Below, one piece after another: positions 54,604 to 64,000 of a stretch of DNA of 64,000 nucleotides. Location: NCBI RefSeq assembly GCF_006345805.1, contig NC_042997.1:142228001-142292000 (forward strand), given 5' to 3'. The position numbers and the translations under genes are program-made. The DNA is from Octopus sinensis. Its lineage: Eukaryota. The notes below the pieces were generated by a model. That model saw only the letters and a program-made list of their open reading frames with translations. It was not told the DNA's origin and ran no database searches. Within the stretch, counting starts at the first letter, position 1. Each line of letters starts with the position of its first letter.

Positions 54604-55779
54604 TATATATTAATTTATAATTATTTTCATTTGCAGAATGCCACTTTAAGACCACGATATTCGATATGATTAATAAAATCATAATTATTTATTGATGGTT
54701 TTCAAATAGTTTTATTGTTATCTTAGCATGCTAGTAGTGAAATCATTTTGTATATATTTTTTTATTAAGCTGTTGTGGAGAAAATTGCATTTATATGAAT
54801 AGTTATTTGTTTTCATTGGAGAAAAAAAATCTATTTTTCTATCATGCTTTTAAATCTGCAAGAAATATCATGCAAGAAATATCTAGTGTAAACCTGTACA
54901 TTTGTAGAATATTCACTTTATTATGACTGCTAAAACACTTGAAATTACTTGTAAATCCCAAATAAAGCTGAATAAAAATATGAAGCATATTTGAAGTACT
55001 CTGTGTCATAGTATTTGTGATTGGATACGATTGAAGTGCAGCTAAATGAACATGCTATTGATGTGCAACTAAGACATTGAAATGATGCATCTTAATGCAG
55101 TAAAACATTTTGGAAATAATTTTTATTTATGTAGGTGCAGGCATAGCTATGTGGTTAAGAAGCTTGCTTTACAACTATGTGATCTTGGGTATGTGCCTTA
55201 TACTATAGCCCTGGGCCAACCAAAGTTTGTGAGTGTATTTGGTGGACAGAAACTGAAAGAAGCCTGTTGTATACATGTCTAGACATCAGATGGTGGCTAT
55301 AAATGAGCAATGTTGCTACAGAAAAGACATCTAGTTGGAGAAAATCTGCCTCAACAAATTCTGTTTGACCAATGTAAATATGGAAAAGTGGACATTAAAT
55401 GATGATGAGGTTGTTAAAAAATTTGGCTTCATAGGCTCTGAAACTAAGTGTTCAGGTATAGTTAGTTTACTTCTAGTCTTCAGCTTATAAGATTTCTGTT
55501 AGCTCATCTGACAATAGTGAAGTTTGTTGTGTCACCATGATGAAGTATTATTTAGAGTGTGTTGCTGGAGAAACTACATTTCGGTGGGAAAACACACATT
55601 CAGCTCTACTTTTTGCATTGCTGTCAACCAGTTGCAAAAAGCTTAAAAGTACATAGCTTACTTTACTAACACATAGAATAGCTTTACAAAGGCTTCAGAA
55701 ATATGTAGATAGAGTATATTCTAAAATGCATTCTAGTTTCTGCTTTAAGTAGAAACTAGAATGATATTCTCACTGCATC

Positions 55780-56130
55780 AGCTTCAAGAAAGGTGCCAGG
55801 AGTAGAATCAACCGTGCCTTGATATATCCTTGTCGTGATATTTTTTGTATCTCCCCTGTGCTGCTCTTGAAAATGCATTTAAATTCTCATCTGATGGTGT
55901 TTACACCTGCTCAAGATCTGATGGCCTGCTGTTCAGTATAGCTGGAGCACAAGATAAGGAAAGCTACTGTTAGAGACCTGTTATTTCTTAGTGACATGGC
56001 TGTCTTCTCAAACTCTATAGAAGGCTTTCAAAATTCCATGAACAGGTTTTTAGGCACTTGGAAGCTCTTTGATCTGAGAATTTATCTCAAGAAGCCCTAA
56101 GTCATGGGATATGGCACTCCAGCATATCCT
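55780..56130 (+). mobile_element. RTE/BovB-like RT fragment, very old
   Basis: Remnants reading TVRDLLFLSDMAV...EGFQNSMNRF...FDLRIYLKK, similar to the RTE LLFADD region. Confidence 0.5.
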
Positions 56131-59005
56131 TGTAAAAAAAAAAAAGATTTTTTTTTTTACACAAAATGGTGATTATATGCAATATAGTCCTTTCTACTAT
56201 TGGTACAGGACCTGAAATTTTGGGGGAGTGGGTAACCGATTACACTGATTTTAGTGCTCAACTGGTATTTTTTTTATTAATCCCAAAAGGATGAAAGGCA
56301 AAGATGACCTCAGCAAGATTTTAAACTCAGAATATAAAGACAAAAGAAATGCCACTAAACATTTTGTCCAGCATGCTGGGATGAAAATAATCTAATATGT
56401 AAACTTTTTTTTTTTCAGTTTAGAACTAGTATTCTAATTGGCTGCTTGGTGTTTTATGGAAAATATTTTTATGAAATAATTGAATTTTACAGTTTGTAAT
56501 CAGAAATGAGTATTAAGGTTATTTTACAGGCTCTTATATTTCTGATCCATCACATTTATGCATATTTGATTTCTAGTGATATTTGTCCCACTATTTTTAT
56601 TTAAAAGATTGCAGATGTAGACTGTATCAGAAAACTATGTAGTTATAAAACTTCTGATAAATTCTATATTTTGTTTTGTGCATGTTTTGAAAATCTGTGA
56701 TAGAAAAATGAAGCTTCCTTTTATCTCTTGATTAGACAAACAGCATGATCAACAGATTCACATTTACTTTTAGTGTTAGATTTGCTCAAATATCAATCTT
56801 TCAGTTTTTTAAATTAGAATATCTTTTCAAAGATCAAAGTATTTTTAATTCGGTAAATGTCAATGATTCAATAGAAATCCTGCCATCTGGTAAACTCTTT
56901 TAATTTATTCTTAAATGTTTATAAACTTATTGAAACCATGAATCCTTCAAAGTTGGCTCAATGAGAAATTTCAAAGTCTCCCTTCATTAATATTGCTTTC
57001 ATTAACAAATTGTTCTCGACTCTAATATTTCATGTAATTACTGACCAATTAGCTGTATTTCTTTTAACGTATGCTAAATGAAAGGTTATTTTTATCTCTA
57101 TAGAGATTTTTGTATACAATAATTCATATTTTCTAAGAGATTCGTGATTGTTTTGAATTAAAGCTGAACTTGTTTAGTGTTTATTATTTTCAAATTTATC
57201 TTGGATTTTGAAAATGTTGATTTCATTTGAATAGTTATGATAGTCATCAAACCTCAAGTGCATTTCATATTTCCTTCCATAAAAAAAATGGAAAATTAAT
57301 GTAATAATGCCAGTTATTCATCACTGTTTGAAAATAAATGTTACTAAATCTAGAGAGCTTTCTTTCTTGAAAGACAGTGAAAATATTATGAAAGCACCAC
57401 AAAAATTCCTATTTTTAAGGTTGAAAGTTTTTAGTTGTAACGACATATTGATGTGATGATCAGAGCACTCCTACATTATACAAAGAAACATTATGCTAAA
57501 GTAAAACTTCTATCTTTGAACAGACGCAAATTTTGGTTAAATCTGGTCCCATGTTTTTAAATATTGATACTTTATTTTTCCCATTCTGTGTATGTTAAAT
57601 TCATTCCTGATACTTCAGAATGATTCTGATTAAGATGCTGCTGTGATTCACTTTATCATTTTAGTAATGTCTCCATTGATAGTTTGTATTGGTTATTAAT
57701 ATATAAGCAAATGTTTTATATGTACAAGTACATAGCCTAGTGGTTTAAGTATTGGTTTTGCAATCATGGGGTTATGGGTTCAATATCTGACTGGGTAACA
57801 CATTGTATCCTTGAGCAGTAAGGCACTTTATTTTATGTTGCACCAGCCTACTAAACTGAAAAGAGTACTTGCTAAGAACTGGTACAGTCTTCTCTACTGC
57901 CAGCTCTCACATCTTAGATGTTCTCCTGGAACAAGAATGGGAAAGCCAAGAAGGTATTTATGTTTGCTCAAAACTACATACACATCTAAAACAATTAGTG
58001 AAAGCATGGTACATTCTACCAAGCCACACTTGCTTCTGTGAACAATCATAGTTTAAATGCATTTTAAAATTACAAAAGACAAAAGCATAAATTTTTAATT
58101 TTAAAATATGAAACAAAAATTATGTGAACTTTATGAATTTTCCATGTACTGTATACTTTCAGATTCAAATTTCTAATCCCACCTCATATTGTGAGGGAAT
58201 GGTAATCTCCTTTTTATTAACAGTCAGAGCCAGAGGGAACCACATGTATCTTTTAATTATCTCGAGCAGTAGTTATTTGGGGAAATCATTATCATAATCA
58301 TCATCAGTTAATGTCCGTTTTCTATGCTGGCATGGGTTGGACGGTTTGACTGAGGTCTGGAGAACCAGTAGCTGCACCAGGCTCCAATCGGATCTGGCAA
58401 TGTTTCTACACCTGGATGCCCTTCCTAATGCCAACCACTCTGAGAGTGTAGTCGGTGCTTTTTGTTGTTGAATCTGTTCAGCTATGAAGTACTTTCATTA
58501 ACATATGGTTTAGTCTCTGTATGTATAAATATGTTTGTATGCATATAGAATATATTAATTCACAACTGCTTTATTATAGATATTCCATATTTCCGTATTA
58601 ATCCTTTGTTTGGTATGAAATTAAGCTGGCATTTCTGGACCTTCACAATCTCATTTTCAAAGTAAAACTTATAATGGCATTTAGTTTGCACATTCTATGG
58701 CAACCTGAATAATTTTATAATAGATAAAATCCTCAATGCAGGATTTCAAAATTATGCATCAGTGAACCCTGGTAGATTTCATTATATCCTTCTTTTAAAT
58801 TTTTCTTGTTTCAGTCATTAGACTGTGGCCATGCCGGGGCACCACCTTGTAGAACTTTTAGTTGAATAAATCAGCCTTAGTACTTTTTCTTTTTTTTTTT
58901 AAACCTGGTACTTATTTTATCAATCCCATTTGCTGAACTGCTAAGCTATGGGGATGCAAACACACCAACACTGGTTGTTAAGTGGTGGTGTGGTACAAAT
59001 GCAGT

Positions 59006-59039
<34 letters not shown>

Positions 59040-59040
59040 C

Positions 59041-59104
<64 letters not shown>

Positions 59105-59242
59105 GATTCAATGCTGACTTATTTGACATCAGATATCTTAATGTTCCTCTCTTTCTTGCACTTACTCTCTCTGTTTATGTGTGCGAACATCTAGTTGTTT
59201 GTATGTATATGTAATTTCTTTTTCTCTCCCTGTACATGAATA

Positions 59243-59288
<46 letters not shown>

Positions 59289-62200
59289 CATGCACATGTA
59301 CCTTCAGCTCCAAAGTCTACTGTTGCCAAAACAGGAAGAATTGCCAGTCAGCCATGCCAAATTGTCAGTGTTCAAACAGCTGTGCCCAATTGTCTCATTC
59401 TGGTATTAATATATGTACACTATCTTTTTTAATTATTTGAGCTATCCCTGTAGAAAAAAGGCACTTGTTTTTAACAAAAAAACAATGCTTTATCACCAGG
59501 ATTTAGATAACAACATTGGAATTTAATCAACTGAAATGATTTCTGTGATGAGAAGAAAATCCAGGATTAGTGTTAATAAATATTTCCTCCTAGAAGGAGT
59601 AAGGGAGAAAACTCTTTTGATTAAATTATGCAGAGGTGCTCTTTTGATTAAATTAGGAAAAGGTGCTATGGCAACAACTCCAAAAACATGTTTTGGACCC
59701 TTTGGTGAGACAAGTGCATCAGGAGGGTCAAACTGGAGGTGCCACAAGACCAGCCTGTTCTGGTGACCAAATTCCACTAGTGGTAGTGGTGGCGGTGGTG
59801 GTAATGTAACAGTAGTGATGGTGGTTGCAGTAGTAGAAAAGACAGTGAGAAGGCAGCATATCTATTATCTAGATACTGAGAACTGGAGTGTGTTGGGTGA
59901 GAACAACTTCATACCAATATTCATCTCAATCAAATGTGAATAGATTTAAACTAATGTTGTTATGAAAGAATATACATCATTACCGTTATTAATGATAATG
60001 TAAATAGATTGCTCTTCTGCTATGTTGGAAATTGTTAATGATGTCAATGCAGGATATTAATGTTTGTTGTACATTCTATCTATTTTATTATGAAATGAAA
60101 TGAAATGTTGAAATTCCTGTTATCAACTGAAATAAGGATTTACCCCTGAGAAATAGTCTCCAAGCTAATTGAAAATTTATTTCAATTGAATTATTGATGT
60201 TACATACAATAGCTGTACCGATCTTCAATATGATTTCAAGTACTTTGATTATTGAAATAGTGTCTCATCAATTTTGTAATATTAATTGTTTACAAAAGCT
60301 CAAAAGGCAGATGTTTTTTTCCCTTTCGGCGAAGGGAAGAATTTACTAATGGAATAACTATTATATTTTTAACAACTCTTTTTACTTTCAAATATTTAAA
60401 CATTCAAACACATTCTTTTATATCTGGGTAAAAAAAAATGCAACTGGCTAACACACACTTTGCAAATACAATCTGTGAGCTGGGAACAAAAAAATATGAA
60501 AGACTTTTCTAAAATTTAACATGTAAGTTTTTATACTATCCATCCATCTTCTCCACCTACCATTCCTGGGAGGATTATGGAAATAGAATCCTCAGATACC
60601 TCTTCTATAGAGTCTTATATAGGGTCCTATCAGGAGCGGCTATCTTTATGCTTTTCAGCTAGATTTCCAAGCATGGCTACCTGGAACTAAGGATGTTATC
60701 CAACCTTTGCATTCTTCATCTATTCTTTTATACCCTTTTTTTCCATTTTCTACTTGTTTCGGTCATTTGACTACAGCCACACTGGAGCACTGCCTTGAAA
60801 GATTTTGTTCAAACAAATCGACCCCAAGACTTATTTCTTAAGCCTAGTACTTATTCTAACGGTCCCTTTTGTTGAACCGCTGATTTACGGAGACATAAAC
60901 AGACCAACACCTTTGTCAAGATGTGATGGGAGGACAAACACACACACACACACAATGGATTTCTTTTAGTTTCTGTCTACCAAATCCACCCACAACACTT
61001 TAGTTGGCCCAAGGCTGTAGTAAAGGGCACTTGCCCAAGGTGCCACACAGCGAGACTGAACTCAGAACCATGTGGCTGAGAAGCAAACTTCTTACCACAC
61101 AGCCATGCCTGTTTTTTAAATTCCAGTGATGGAGCCTTGTATCTTTATTAGAAAAGTAGCCAGTTGATTATAGGAAGAATTCAGTAAATTCATATATATT
61201 CTAAGGTGCATGTGCATATGCATACATACACAGAACTAACTTGTCCTCTCCAAACACTTTGGTAACAACATGCATATCCATTGACTTTGACACAAAACTG
61301 ATATTGGTAATGATGATGTTGATGTAACCACTTGGTGCTTGGTGACAAATTGGCTGAGTTATTAGAGCATTGGATAGAATTTGTTTTGACTTTCTATGCT
61401 CGAAGTTCAAATCTTGTTGAGGTCAACCTTGCTTTTCAGCCTTTCAGTTTTTAACCCTTTAGCATTTAAACTGACTATATCTGGCCCAAATATTCTACCT
61501 GTTTACTGTTGAAACTAGCAATATCTGGCCTCTCACGCCTACACCAACAATGCCCTTCTAAAAGTAAGCAATCACATCATCAACATCTTGGGGCTATAAT
61601 ACATGATTAATTTTGAACAAAGTCAAACAGTTCAACCCATGCCAGCATGGACAGGGGACATTAAAAGATGCTGATCAAATGGAAACTGTAGTTAAGATAC
61701 CCATGCCGGTGACACGTAAAAAGCACCGTCCGAATGCATCAACCGATCGTGGCCGTTTGCCAGCCTCCTCTGACCCCTGTGCCTGTGGCACGTAAAGATC
61801 ACCCACTACACTCACGGAGTGGTTGACGTTAGGAAGGGCATCCAGCGGTAGAAACACTGCCAGATCAGACTGGAGCCTGGTGCAGCCTCCTGGCTTCCCA
61901 GACCCTGGTCAAACCGTCCAACCCATGCTAGCATGATGATGATGATGATCTGAATACTAAAGAGTTAAACCTGTGACAAACTGGTGTCCTATTCAAAGGC
62001 AAGTCTTGTACTTTCAGCCCTTTAAATACCACAGAAACCCCACACAGTGGGAATGAACCTGTAACCACTTAGTTGCATAGTGAACATCTTAGCCATATAG
62101 CTATGCCTGTGCTTATATATTTTAGAACAGCAACCTGATGTCAAGCTTCTGTTCACCTATTTGTCACAGCTACTTGTATTACAGCAGTTTCTAGTTTTCT

Positions 62201-64000
62201 TCACTAACTATGCCTTTTCTACACAACACACCACATTCTATAAACCTTCCCAGCATGCTAGTCTGCCCAACTTCAAAGCAAATTGAGTAAAATTTTCTTT
62301 GATTCTAAAAATTTTCAATTGGAGTATTTGCTACTAGTGTGTTTCTTTCTAATTTTAAAGCTTATTATCACATTATTTGAAAATGACATCTTAAATAATT
62401 GGCATAAAATTGGATAAAACAAAACTATTAATAACAGCTTGCTTTAAAATATCTTAGTTGATTTTACCATTCCTTTCATCTGTTGAGTGGATATTTTCAT
62501 TCGCTCAGTAGTGATTTAAGAATGTTGCAGCACCTCTTCATGCACATTGCTGTTTTCATTGTTGTTTAGCCCCCGGGACAGTTTTACTCTATCTCAAGGA
62601 TCTTTATGACCAAGGGCATTTCAACCTTGACTATCTCATCTTATTTCCATTGTTGTATCTCTGCAATTGCTACTGCTGTTGCTGCTGCTGCTACCACCAC
62701 CACCACCACCACCACCACGTGCACGCATGCACAATGGTCTTCTTTCAGTTTCCATCTACTAAATCCATTCACAAGGCCATCCTGAAGCTATTGTAGAAGA
62801 TACTTGCCCAAAGTGCCATGCAGTGGAACTGAACCCGGAACCATGTGGTTGGGAAGCAAATAGCTGACCAAGACTTTTTCCTACCTCTTTGGTTGCAAAG
62901 AGCTTATGGGTCTCAGGTCAATGAGCCTGACAAGTCACTTATGCCACTTTTAAGCATATATATGTTAGGAATTTAATAGTTTTCAATTAGACTATAATCT
63001 TAAAATATTCTTGTGTGATGTTAATTCTTGGTACATATAGCCTATCTCCTGTTCATTGATTTTAACTCACTGGAACTTTAAAAAATTCTTGGTAAATCAT
63101 GAAGTAATGCAGCTTCCCATTTTGCTCCCTTTATAAATCTAAATCTGTTTATGTAAGAAATACTCAGTGTTATTTGCATTGAGTAGGCACTAAGTTGATA
63201 CTTGATATCATTGAGCTGTTGGACCTAGAAATTCAGATTAAAAAATTAAGCCTCATTTTCTGGAATTTCAATACAGAATCTACATATCAAGTTTTGGTAT
63301 TGGCAATAAATTTAAGCTTTCTTTCTTTGTCATGATATATGCATTTTTCTAACTGTTGACTTAAAGCTGTTTTTGTCTTAAAAGGGAAATCTGAAGAAAC
63401 AGTTTGTGGTTCATTGATATTTAGCCAGAATATTTCATAGGAAGTTATTAAATTGATTCTTTGATGTTTGGATTCAGTTGTGAGAGATAATTCTAAGTCC
63501 AGAAGATTGCTCCAGACTCTGAACACAAGAACATTTAAAGTGTGAGGAGGGTTTATGCGGTACTTGAAAGTCATGTATGAAGAGAGTACATATAGGACTT
63601 GAAGGAGCTAAATCTTATTCATTGATATCTTTCAACCCGGAACTATAAGGCTACAAAGAGATCTTCTTTAAAAGGGTCAAGTTTGCTGAAGAGTTTATGG
63701 GTAGTCTTCATTTTGGATAAACAAGTTTACACTACAAATACATTGAAGTGATAATTTGTGTAACACACAAAAAGATAAGCGAAACACAGGCATGCAACTA
63801 AGTTGGAGGCAGATTAACTTTGGCCTTTTATAGCATGTAAAGAAAACGGTGTTGTAGGATTGTATGCAGCATATGTACTACATGCGTAGCTTAAATACTG
63901 AATACATTGAAGTGATAATTTGTTTGTTGATTGACAAGTCTTTAGTACCGAGATGCAGGCATGTGCCATCAGTAATTACTCTGGTAGGCAGTTGGTGACC

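Overview
AT-rich, repeat-dominated animal genomic DNA. The SINE families, (TA)n/(CA)n/(ATC)n microsatellites and LINE types resemble an octopus/cephalopod genome; this is recognition, not a database result. I found no host protein-coding exon I can support. The window holds decayed CR1/L2-type, RTE and R4/Dong LINEs, a Penelope-like RT fragment, a full-length but dead mariner, Tc1/maT-type fragments, hAT and piggyBac-type MITEs, many SINEs and a 100-N gap. The standout is a very young non-coding insertion at 51101-51885. It is a 356-nt structured monomer in partial tandem plus a 5' inverted copy, bounded by a perfect 12-bp target-site duplication. It carries a complete type I hammerhead ribozyme on each strand, with a compensatory U3-A8 core, a CAAACA loop II and a palindromic stem III. 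This fits a retrozyme-like (putatively circular-RNA-producing) element, probably mobilised by Penelope-like elements. Two older, degenerate Penelope-type hammerheads (15050-15101, 19940-19990) sit in similar inverted-repeat arrangements.
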